NCBI RefSeq assembly: GCF_963853765.1
Contig: NC_088855.1
Span: 5,332,001 to 5,396,000, forward strand
Source: Magallana gigas
Lineage: Eukaryota
Reading direction: 5' to 3'
DNA: 64,000 bases
In this document: piece after piece, positions 25,731-37,500 of the stretch
How the letters are laid out: every line of letters starts with the position of its first letter
Numbering within the stretch: position 1 is the stretch's first letter
Translations under genes and position numbers: made by a program
Notes under the pieces: model-generated
Databases searched by the model: none
What the model saw: the letters and a program-made list of their open reading frames with translations, nothing else
Told to the model about the DNA's origin: nothing

Positions 25731-27344
25731 ATGAGTGCAATCATGGAGTATGATTTTAATGAAACATGGAGGGAGAACCCACGAACTACAAAACTGCTGC
25801 AGCAGCTTCAAAAGGCATTTACAGTTGTGAAAACAAATTTAAAAGTGTGGAATGAAGCAATACAAGGTTCCCAGCGTCAGTTGAACAGTGTGAGGAACCT
25901 GTCAGAACAGCGCCACTGCTGTGTGCAAGCTCAGGGATTGCAAGAAATTACTCAAAAATTCCCAAATGTGAAAGAAAAACTTATGTTCAAAATAGACAAA
26001 GAAATCGACAACCATATGACTCATCTTTTTTCTGTTGTGTATGTTTATTTAATCTATAGAAATTTGTACAAATGCATATCAATTTAAAATTTATCATTTA
26101 CTGAATATTTCGTAATTTTGCAAATTTTGATATCTTTATATTTGTAGTGACATCTGTAAAGAGGTTTGTGATAAGGTTGTGAAACAGAACGAGAGATGTC
26201 AGACACTGTACAACACAGTTTGTGAGGACTTGAGTCTGATTACTCAGAGATCCCCAACATGTCCATCTGTTGTTGAAATGATGGAGTGGTTACAAGACAT
26301 AGAATGCTTAATGATGAAGCAGTATCCTTATTTAGAAGTCTAGAAGTCTGCAGATTTATCCAAGACATTAACGCAACTACTAGCAATGTATGTATGTAAT
26401 TCAAAAATGCGCTAAAACAAATCCACGCTAACTTATTGAAAATCCATATTCTGCCAAATATCATTCACACTATAAATATAACCCAGTAATTTGATACTCG
26501 TTAGGATGTAATGAACCAGACTAAAAGTGCTTATAATCATGGGTTTGTTGACATATATTCTGAAAACTGAGACATATTCTCTTCAAGTATAAGTCTTATA
26601 ACATTATATCTTCTCTAGCCAAGACTCCCCATTATGGGCAGGGGAGTGGACGAAAACCCTTGGCTATCAATTATCAAAGATATGTATCTTGAGAGAAAGG
26701 AGATCAATTCTCTTCATCTTTAAAAAGAAACTGTTTTATTTGTTTGTCAGGGGATAATTTTTCAGTCTGATTTACACTTGTCAAGGTATGTTAGAAATTA
26801 ATTAATCACTTATTACAAAAAATAGACTAATGGTTAAAATAGAAGTAAATATACATTCCTACTTGGACATAAAGTCCTTGACTTCCTGAGACATTCTGTT
26901 AGAAAGCACCTGCTTGATAAGCTTTCCATCGCTGTAAAGGACCAGGATTCTGCTCTGTATAAGCAGTGGGAGAATGAGGACACTGAGCTTCATCAGACTG
27001 TGAATGGTAAGGTTATGGTGACTAAAATCTTTTTGGTCTCTGTAACGATTTATTTTTACTTGTACATATTTTCTAGTAGCATGTGTTGTATCTTAATGAT
27101 GTGAAAGTCAGTGAAGTAAAATGTCCTTAAATGAGTATCAAAATAATTATCTGTTACTTTTACTCTAGAACTTTATATACTGGTAGAATTGGAAGGTTAA
27201 TGCTGGTATTTATTCCTATTAAACATATATTCAATGCTTTACACTATAGCATTAAGATATATGCAGGTATATATGAGTACGTGTTTGGTTTCAGGTTATT
27301 TATCTTTCTTGGAATTCTTTTTGGATATGAAGATTGTGACCTGA
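25731..27344 (+). CDS. AIRIM: AFG2-interacting ribosome maturation factor (C1orf109)-like, 4 exons
   Basis: Exons 25731-26038, 26148-26321, 26891-27006, 27295-27344 (TGA). Motifs LQKAFTVV..WNEAI, LNSVRNLSEQ, KFPNVKEKL, PSVVEMMEWLQDIE, RKHLL and a C-terminal FFL resemble recalled C1orf109. Start Met is uncertain (25731 or 25743). Confidence 0.8.
26322..26890 (+). other. U12-type (minor) GT-AG intron, AIRIM intron 2 (569 nt)
   Basis: 5' site GTATCCTTAT; branch-like TCCTTGAC at 26875-82, 8 nt before the end of the AG at 26890. Splicing gives LQDIECLMMKQHSVRKHLL, colinear with the recalled human LQDIERHYRKSYLKRKYLL. Confidence 0.82.
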
Positions 27345-27509
27345 TTTCAGAGAATCTCCAGCCATATGAAGACTGTACATTCCTGTGGTCATACCCTTCA
27401 CTTTAAGGCCCAAGCTGAATATTAGGGATATCTGTTGCATACCTGTGTTCACTCAGACTTTATACATGTATGAGAACTATTCAAAATACCTGAGCTTACA
27501 AATATCTTT

Positions 27510-27940
27510 GTGGAGCACATGGCTCAGTGGTCATAGGTGTTAGAACAGTAACCCAAAGGTTGCTAGTTTGAGCCCACTTACAGTCATATGATGTTGTGTA
27601 TTGTGTCTTTAGACAAGGCACTTTATATATTTATCTTAGACCACCCAGCTACAATTAGATACCGCCTTACGATGGGGGTTAACCTGTGATGGACTGGAGT
27701 AAGGATCGTTTCATGATCCTTGGGCCTGGCCCCGGGGCCATAAAATTTAGATGAGCTCACTTTTGATCTCAGTCTCACTTTTCCACAAGGAATATATAGT
27801 AGAAAAGTGAGACTTAGAGATCAAAAGCGAGCTTGTTTAAGTTTTATGGCCCGGGGCCTGGTGTCCCATCCAGGGGTAGTCAACAACACTCATTCACTTA
27901 GCACCACAGAAACCAGAGATAAACAGGTCCTTTGTGTGTA
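27510..27940 (+). mobile_element. tRNA-derived SINE interrupted by a ~130-bp palindromic MITE
   Basis: Box A-like TGGCTCAGTGG and degenerate box B AGTTTGAGCCC; conserved-domain-like GTGTCTTTAGACAAGGCACTTTA; AACCTGTGATGGACTGG...TGTCCCATCCAGGGGTAGT is split by an insertion. Confidence 0.65.
27728..27858. mobile_element. Palindromic MITE nested in the SINE
   Basis: GGCCCCGGGGCCATAAAA..GAGCTCACTTTTGATCTC..TCTCACTTTTC pairs with GAAAAGTGAGAC..GAGATCAAAAGCGAGC..TTTTATGGCCCGGGGCC. A related half copy is at ~53040-53090. Confidence 0.7.
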
Positions 27941-29382
27941 ATTGGTTAGAGAAAGGTTTTACAAATTTATGTATCTTTAAAATTTCAGAAGTAGTAATTA
28001 AAGGCAAAGAATCTCAATATGCGCAGATTTTAATACTTAAAAACATCTCAAAAAGTCATAACATACATTGAATGTATAGTCAATACACAAAACATGAATT
28101 GTGAGATTTGGTACATGTGTATATTGTAATTGTAACATAAATTGTGACATTTTTGTTAGAAAGTTATCCGATATAATAAATATACAGATAATTAATTGAA
28201 AAAATTGTACATTTCATATTTTTGTGGTTTTACATTTTATAATATATTAAAAGGCAATCAAAAATATTTTGACTCTTTTACATTTTTAACATGTTTACTT
28301 CAACAACAATTGTATCACAGAAAGTTTGCAAGACATGAGTTTCCATTTGTCTATTTTTCTCCAGCGGGTGTTGTTGTTTGATGCACAAGATTCAAAATAC
28401 CTATATACTGCACATTTTAAAAAAATGAAAGAAGAAATAAATTAAGATTCATTGAAACAACTAGCTTTATCAAAAGTGCCCACCACAGAAGAAAATTTTA
28501 AAGCTTGAAAAAAAAACAAAAAAAAAACCAATGGGGAAGCCTAAAAGATTAAATAGATGTGGTAAAAAAAATTCAATCACTCCAAATTTTTCATCAAGTG
28601 TTCTGTATGGGTTCATATTTTAATTCATAATGTCATTCAAATGTTTTCTTTCAATTACATAATGAGAATTTAGGTAAAACAGAGAAATAACTGGCCATTA
28701 TATTTCCCTGCAAGATTCAGATCTCACACTTTAATATCTCAATGTTTGCATACAGTCACACCTTGTTAATGTTAAAATGGTTTAGTTTAAAACTCAGAAA
28801 CTTTTAGCAGCTTATTCATCTATACCTGTATTTTGTTACAGATTTGTACACTACCTAGATACTGATTTTTTATTCATTATTACTATTAATAATATATTAT
28901 TAATTCAGCTGCAACAACTGAATGATTCATTCATGACTGAATCCTTTGGTAATGTTCTTTCCAAGGTTCAAAAAGCATGATTAACGTTCAGTCACTTTTA
29001 ATTAATCAATTGCACTCTTCATAAATTAATAAAATCAACAGTAATACAAGAGCAACAATGGGTTGCAGCTTATTGCATGAAACTAGCTATAGCCAGCACT
29101 AATACTGATCAAAGTCCTCAGATGCTTTCTAACTGATACGGAACTGCAATTTTTTATCGATAAGCTCCCTCGTCTGATCAATTTTTGTTCAAAATAGCAC
29201 AGTTCATAATCCTTTAATGATTATTTTACGAAAAAATATTAAAAAAAGATTTTAAATCCTTTATCAACTTCAAAACTGGTCATAATTTTTTTAAAATTAA
29301 CATTTCTGTTCAGCCTAAAATGTCAAAATATTGAAGTGTAATTAAGTGGTTGTAATATTGATATTATTAAAGCTGAAATCTC

Positions 29383-32300
29383 TCAGTAATCATCATCGGC
29401 ATTGTTAATTTCAAAATGAGTTCCTCTGCGATTGGTCAGTTGGAGACCCTCCTGATAGGCTCGTTGTAGTTTGAGTAATGTCTGTGCCATACGATCGGCT
29501 TCCTGTCCGGTGCCGAATTGTTGACGTATTCTGCGGAGTTCGTTTTTCTCAAAGTCCTCTTCCTGTACCTTCTGTTTTTGAAGCTCAGCTTTCCTCCGTC
29601 GCTCCTGGTCCTTGAAGATAAACGTTCTTATCAAATTTTGCTTTTTTTAGCATACCTTATTTCTAATACATGTACATGCAATATAAAAAAGAAACACATT
29701 AAAGCAGAAATCAAAATAAACAATCCTATCTTGAAAAGTGGTTAAAAAGTGATTCATTTATATTATACAATATACCTACCCTTATGGCAATGTCATTAGG
29801 GTCGCCAATGTTTATCACTGGCTCGGATTTGGATCTATGGGAGTTGTCACTAAACATGGATGGAGTGGGGGATACACCTGCTTTGGCATAAATTTCAGCT
29901 AACCTGTAATAAAATCAGACTTATTTTTACTATCAGAAATTGAAATCACATCAAAGAATTAGATAAAATTTTTGTTTCAGCTGAGTAGAATTCTATTATT
30001 ACATTAATTAGAATTGGAATTTCATTATTAATAAACTGATCAACTTTTGAACTATAAATGTAAACTAACTTTTATTTGCAACAACTTTATTTTTGCAATT
30101 TACAGGAGAGTTCAACATTTTCATTGTCACTAACTTTTCGTTCCTCTGTTTCCGGCGCGTTTTGACCTCGTCCCAGCTCGGGAACATGTAGTTGTTTTTG
30201 ACCGGGGGAGTTTTACTGGGGGTCTTTAAGGGCTTGACCTCCGTGTACTTCACCATTGCCCCATGTCCTGGGGTACAGTGGAAGTAGCGTTTACCCTTGT
30301 ACAAACCATTGTGAACAGAATTTACTGAAATAAAAGTATTATATTAATGTACCAAAATTTGAACTCTGAACATAAAGCTTATATTCAATATCATAGCAAT
30401 TCTTAAAATTCCCTCAATTTCCTTGAGTTACAAGTCAACTTACCATTGTCATCAAGCTTTACTCCTACGTACAGGTTGGGTGCTATAGCGTTATCATCAA
30501 TGACCCCGACAAACTTCACAGTACCTGTCAAATCAAGAGCAAGATGTTACAGGTTCAAATTAAAAGAGGACCTTGCTTTGATCTTGACTTAAAAATTGAG
30601 TTCAAGATCTCTACATATCCTATATATATCCAACAGGCACTCTACAGGTGCAGTATGGGGCATATATGACTGAAGGGAGTAAAATTTTGGTTCAGATAAG
30701 GACTTTGCACAGATTTCTATGCGTGACCTTGAACTTTAACATAAAAGCATGGTTCAAGGTTACTGCACTCCACTCTCTTACCTGAGGGAAGTCATTTGTA
30801 AAGTCTGAGCTAGACTTGACCAAAGAAAGAGAAAATATGGTCCAAAACCTTTTTAAGGATCAGTGCTATGACATTCACCATTGACCTGGAAACTTGGTTC
30901 GTGTTCACAACAAGCACTCTTTATGTGAAGCATGTGTCAGTCAGATATATAGGGCCAAAAGAGGAGAAAATATGGTTCTGACAAAGATTTTTCAAATAGA
31001 TTTTATGTGACCTTAACCTATGTCCTAGAAATATGGTTGAAAGTCACTGTACGTCATTTATCCAAGTGCACTTGATAGTTGAAGTATGAACCAATTTTGG
31101 GTAAGGGGAGAGAAATATGGTCCTGACAGGGGTTTTATGCAGGTCTGCTCAGATCCTAACCTTTGACCTGGAAACTTGTTCAAAGTTATGCCCTTAAGTT
31201 TATCAAAAGGTACTCTGTGGTGAAGTAAAAGCCAGATTGGGCCATTAGGAAAATAAATAAGCTAATTGACTTAGTGATTTCAAATGGATAGATGGATGGT
31301 GAAGGTTGATCGTTACAGGGGGATTGCAGGGTGGTGCCCTAATATACCTGCATTAATAACAGGAAACTGATGGAGGTTTTTTTTTACATCAAAAATTGAA
31401 GATCCGGCCTCTGTGTCAAATTCAATCAGCTTGATACATCAGATTGGAAGGAAATGGATATATTCTAGCTTATGCACAATGTTGATTTTAACTTCCTTAT
31501 TTATGCAACCCTGATAAAATATAAAAGAAAGGTTAAGCCCTAAATAACTGTGTTTAGCATTGATATCAGAGAGAAACCTGGGCACTTTTCATTCCTATGT
31601 GTAATTAGTACCCTATTAGTCAAAGACAGGGTCGGCTGAATCTGATAATGAAAAAAACATTAACAATTTATGGACTGCAGCAGAACCTCTGTACAATATA
31701 TGCAGACACATGTGAAAGCATAGTGAATAGGTATTACTCAGTACATAAGACATTTAAGTTTGGGCATGCCTGACAATCCCCCTTTTAGATAAAAATTAAA
31801 ATACAGGCAATTGATTTGGCTGCAAGGTAACTTTTTCACCTATTACACCTGGAGTAGCCTTTATTTAGATTGAAGAGTAACTGACATAATGTGTTCCATA
31901 AACCATAAATTGGGTTAAGATTCCTTGGAGCCCTTTTCAAATATTAATCCATAATTCAAACAAGATGTCTAGGGAATAAGTTCATTCTTTTATTTGTAAA
32001 TTCTTGAATATGTCCTTCTAGGCAGGTGTCAGCCTTTGATTTAAGTTGCAATGCAGCAGACATGTGCCCCTGAATTTACAGGCAATGGGACAAATTTCAT
32101 GCAGTTTTCTTGACATGACTGGAATAAAATCCCACAATTAAACAATTTGAAACATGTGCTTCTTCAAAAATTTAGTTCACCAGCTATAATAGGAGCAGAG
32201 CTATTCCAACAGCTATTTTAATCTCTACACTATCTCAAATGCAATTATACCAGATTATGCACAATGTGCAACAAAATAAAAAGTGATTGCTAGTACTTCT

Positions 32301-34222
32301 AAAGCTTTGAACAAAAGTCTGCTACCCACACGCTATTTACCAGATATCTGATACTGGTTCAATATTTCATTAATCAAACCTTTATCAAACCAAAGAAATC
32401 TAGTAACAAACCAACACATTAAAGAATGAATGCACTACTGACTTGAAATAATCAAGAACTGAATAAAATTCACAACATTAAAGAGGTATAATTTTTTATG
32501 CTTGAATTGATCATAAACAAAATATTGTCTACATATTAAAGACAGTCAGCATGGTAAAATCAATTTTTAGCAACAAATAATATTAATTGTTTTACATCTT
32601 CAACAAAGTTCGACATCAAATTAGTGATATGCGTGTGGATTTCTAGTCTGTTTGTAGATAAATATCTCATTCTAATTGAACAGTAATTAATGTATTTCAA
32701 TGACTTTTCCAGAATACAACAACAAAACCTGCTACTGGAGGAAACTGTTGGTGCTATCCTAATGATATATATGCACCCCAAACTCACTAAACACAGGTAC
32801 AGTTACACCAACACTACTCGCTTACCCAAAGTTTTCTGACTGACATCAGACTCGTCATAGATTTTACAGAGGTTTTCAGCTAAAAAAGAGCGCATCGGGT
32901 GTTTTATGTGCTTGACCTTGAACTCGTGAATTATAACTCCATTGAACTTGGCAAATTCAATGTTAATTTGTGTCACTTAACCTAGTAACAATAAAGTCTA
33001 AGTGCTGTCAATCGGTGAATGTTTTCTGTGAGATTATTTGAGTACAGTCGACGTCATAACAAACATGTAAAGGAATAAAAAACTTTTTTACTCAACAGTA
33101 ATTAATTAAGATTTTGAAGACACACAACACTTGCTTGTGATGTATTAATGGAGAATTCACATTTACAAGTACCTGCTGTTTCAAGACATCCATGCACTGG
33201 AAGATCACATCAGTATATTGAAAATTTAAGGATTGCTAAATATGGTATTTATTTGACAACTTGTTTATAAGACAAATATGTAAGATAATTGAAGCAAACA
33301 TGAAAAAATATGGGACCTGCCCTTACCAGGATATTTGCCATGAACTTCGACTCTGTCTCCCACTTTTACAATGCTGTTTTTACAGGAGAGAGGAGCTGTG
33401 TTCTGAGCCCTGCTTGATGAAGACTCACGAAGCAAGTCAGAGGCATCGTTGAAATTATCTTTCCAGAATTTCCGACAGGGACCACATGTACACATAAAAG
33501 GATCTACATCAGACTGAAAAAGAAAATCTTAGTTAAAACTTCAAAAGTTTTATATTCTAATAAAGGATTTAGGAATTAGAAAGAAAATTTCCTGTGAATC
33601 TAAAATTGAAAGATCTGTATAAATAAAAACAAAAATTCCGCATATAATTTTCCTATAACGTTACTGGATGACTTAACTTACTAAGCGATATCTTGGAACC
33701 AGAGCCATTTTGACCAAAGATGATATGACACCATCAGTAATAAATATCCCAAATAAAATGTAGTTTTAAACAAAACTTTCTAAGATTCAGTAATTATCAT
33801 CAATTATGAATACACCTCCTTCACTGAAAACAGGTCCATTTAGAAGAACTTTATGGTTGATGGTTGCTAGGTTTGAATATCATCGCCTTATTAACACAGC
33901 AGTCTATGTTTTAACTCAGGTATGAAGGTTACATTAAGATAAACAAGTAGCTTATTGTGACAAAAGGAAAGGACCTGTGTTTCAGTGAGGATGTAGTTTA
34001 AATCAACAAACAAAGCCGTTTACTGTATGAAAAAGAATATTGTTTGGTTCTAAGCAGTTCGACCATGACTAAACTTCAAGCAGTGTAAAATACCTGCGGC
34101 ATTTAAATCAAGACTCTAATTTCATATGAAGTCAATGAAATGATAATCTCATACATCAATAAAATCTTAAGAGAAGTTGGCTGGTCATAAATACAATTTA
34201 CCTTGTGTTCTTGGGTAGACAT
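29383..34222 (-). CDS. Uncharacterised single-CAP-Gly-domain protein (~276 aa; 6 exons plus a possible 54-nt cassette)
   Basis: Exons 34222-34202, 33513-33327, 30524-30444, 30324-30135, 29903-29780, 29610-29383 (TGA), with consistent phases. CAP-Gly pattern VKVGDRVEVHGKYPGTVKFVG...YVGVKLDDNVNSVHNGLYKGKRYFHCTPGHGAMVK, followed by a charged helical C-terminus. Confidence 0.85.
30530..31345 (-). mobile_element. Degenerate HINE/Helentron-like element with internal ~140-160-bp repeats
   Basis: Recurring TGACCTT(G/A)ACC..GGTTCAAGGT and GAAAATATGGT motifs, then a GATAGATGGATGG microsatellite remnant and a GCCCTAATA end. Confidence 0.5.
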
Positions 34223-34529
34223 AGTGTGTTACAGAACATATATACAGACAAGACACGCTAAGGGAAAGTTATATAAATGGATCACATAATTTTATCTCAG
34301 CCTGATGGCGTCCTGGTTGTTAAGCACCATAACACCTGCTGCACTTCCGGTCTTCGCCGCTTACACCAAAAATAAATAGATTAAAATGTCATATTCTCTA
34401 CAGAATCACTGGATGCATGTTTTATATTAATGTGTTACTGAAGTAGATGAATATCAATTTAGTAACTGTTTTCCCATCGTTAAATTTAGTAAATTGTCTA
34501 CCTTATTTTCATTGATATTTGGGACTGCA
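34223..34529. promoter_or_regulatory. Probable bidirectional promoter between the CAP-Gly gene and ATP9B
   Basis: Divergent starts about 310 bp apart; ETS-type ACTTCCGG at ~34343-34350; local CpG enrichment. Confidence 0.55.
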
Positions 34530-37500
34530 ATGGCTACAATAATATTGAACGCGAATGAGGAGAATCTACGGTACAGCGAAACGATCTCTGCGCGCAAGTA
34601 GGCGAAAAAGGTAAGAGCAAGTATGATATATAAGTAACATTTTGTCTCAGTGGTTTGATGATGATGAGTTTGTTATAAAACGTATCGATCTTAAAATTGG
34701 AAACAGGAAAAATGAGACGGTGGCCTGATCTTGAGTCATATGATAAGTAAATCACAAAAATACATTGAAAACTGGTAACCGTATAATGTGTATTGCGAAA
34801 CAATTCATAAACACAATCCTAATAATTGTGTGTTTGTAAAATCTAATATGCTCTGCGTGATCTAAAGTTTTGTGAATCGCAATCTGAAATTTATATTGTT
34901 ATATTATTTTATATATCAGACAATACTTAAGTGATGATGACTCTGATGAAGAAGATGAGACTTGCTTGGATGAAATGCCACTGATGTATAACAATGAAGT
35001 AAGCTTTAAAATGGATGAGAGTGATTCTCTTGTCAACAGAAGACGGTACCGAAACCAGTCCAGATTAGGACAGTTCATCAATGATGGATGGGAAAGCACA
35101 TGTGGAAGGTAGATCTCAAGACTTAATTCTCCTTATAAACGCCCCCTCTAAAGCTTGTCAGGTGTCAATACACGGCTAAATATAAAAGCTAAGGGGATTT
35201 TGCATTGCAGTGATTTGAAAAATTGACCAGTTTGTGTATTTTCTTTAAAATTCATCAATTGTGATGAATTAAAACATTAATTTGGGATAGACTATAGAAT
35301 CATACAACAATTATAACCAATTTAAATAGAACCTTTCATAGTAACTGCGGTACTTCCCTTTTGCAAGGTAAAATTACATAGCTTGGTGAAATATGATATA
35401 ACATCAATTGTTTCATTTACATCATTTAATTATCTACCTACTTAAGCTTAATCAGCAAAGTGTATCAATTTGATCTGCAAGGGCACAGAAATGCAGTCAC
35501 CGTAAAGGGGTCTATACAAACTCTGTGTTTACCTTTTAAAATGTTTGTTTGCCCAACTTTCTGATTATGTTTTTGTTAGGTAGGTAGGAAAATTATTTTT
35601 TTGTGCAGTCAGCAGATTGGATTTCATCAATATTTGTGTGCAAAGTTTTTATGGATTGAATGAAAATCATAGTTTTAAGAATATGTAAATTTGTGGATGC
35701 ACAGTCATCGTATCAATACAACATGTTATTAGAAATTGCATTTCAATGAACATTAAAATTTGTGGATCAACTTAATAATGAAACGATAAAAAATTATAAT
35801 AATTGCAATGAATATGGATGAAACCACAGTAATAAAAACTATTAGTTTAATTTTTGTAATTAACTCATATTAGATGTTGGGAAAGATTGTGCAATAGAAG
35901 GAAAGAGTATCACCCCAGAAATGTCCCAATAGGACTTCAAAGATCCTCAGATGAGAAGTATCCAAAAAATGTCATTCGCAATCAGAAGTACAGCATCTTC
36001 ACATTCATACCAAAGGTTTGCTTGAAGTTAAAACTGTGAATAAAATGTTCAGTTGCAGATTTTAAGTTAATATCCATGAAACTTAAGTTTTTACAGAATT
36101 ATTGTAGAATTGGTTATTGATATTAGCATTGAGGATTTACAAATTTGATAATATAAGTTATAGACATGATGCAATATGAAGCTGTATATTTATGGTTCCT
36201 TTTCAGGTATTATTTGAACAGTTTAAGTTTTTCTTAAACCTGTACTTTCTGGTGATGGCATTGTCCCAGTTTATACCCGAGATCAGAATTGGATACCTCT
36301 ACACCTATTGGGGGCCTCTGGTTAGTACATTTTGGTATCCTGTATCTACTGACCAGTTCTATTTTTATACCCCTTGCAAACAAAGTTTGGGGGGGTATAT
36401 AGGAATCACCTTGTCCGTCTGTCCGTCCGTCTGTCTGTGCAATCGTGTCCGCTCCATAACTTTCTTATGGAGAATTATTGGGAGTTCTTACTTCACACAA
36501 AGATTGCTTATGACCTAAGGGTGTGTAATGACCTTGACCCAAGGTCAATTGGGCAAGGTCAACGTCACTGGCAGAAAAAATACAAAATTTGTGTCCGGTC
36601 CATATCTTTCTTATAGAGAATTATTGGAAGTTCTTACTTCAGAAAAAAAGATTGCTTATGACCTAAGGGTGTGTCATGACCTTGACCCAAGGTCATTTGG
36701 GCAAGGTCAAGGTCACTGGCAGAAAAAGTACAAAATTTGTGTCCAGTCCATATCTTTCTTATGAAGAAACATTGGCAGTTCTTAATTCACACAAAAATTG
36801 CTTATGACCTAAGGGTGTGTCATGACCTTGACCCAAGGTCATTTGGGCAAGGTCAAGGTCGTTTGGGAAAATAGTGCAAAATTCGTGTCCGGTCTTTAAT
36901 TTTCTTATGGAGAGGCATCGAATGTTCTAACTTCACACAAATATTGCTTAGGACCAAAGGGTTTGTCATGACCTTGACCCAAGGTCATTTGGGCAAGGTC
37001 AAGGTCACTGGCAGAAAAAGTGCAAAATTTGTGTCCGGTCATTATCTGTCTTATGGAGAAGCATTGAATGTTCTTACTTCACACAAATATTGCTTATGAC
37101 CAACAGTTTTAAAAAAAAATAGAGCAGTTGTTATTTATAGAAAATGGACGGTGAATTAGATTCATCCAATATTTTCTATAATTGGAAAAATACAGGCATT
37201 ATGATTTTTATCTTAGCGGGGGGTATCAATTGTGAGCTTTACCTCTAGTTACTTCTATATGACACCATTGTGGTACATGCTGCATAAGGTCAACCCTCAG
37301 CAATATCTGTACGATGATTGCTATTACAGACTAAATAGAGTTAGTTTATGTGGAAGGTTTATTTACCCTGCACAGCTGTCAGTGGCCATTGTGCTGTTGT
37401 GGCAGCTGTTGTGTGGCAGCTGTTGCATCTCTTTAAAGGACCCACGCAATGGGGCTTGTTTCATTTATCATACATAGATAGTATGTAGAGATCTATCAAA

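Noticed and set aside
36374-36764. ORFs of 78-80 aa with repeated KIAYDLRVC motifs
   Set aside because: Translations of the 146-bp tandem repeats of the intronic HINE element.
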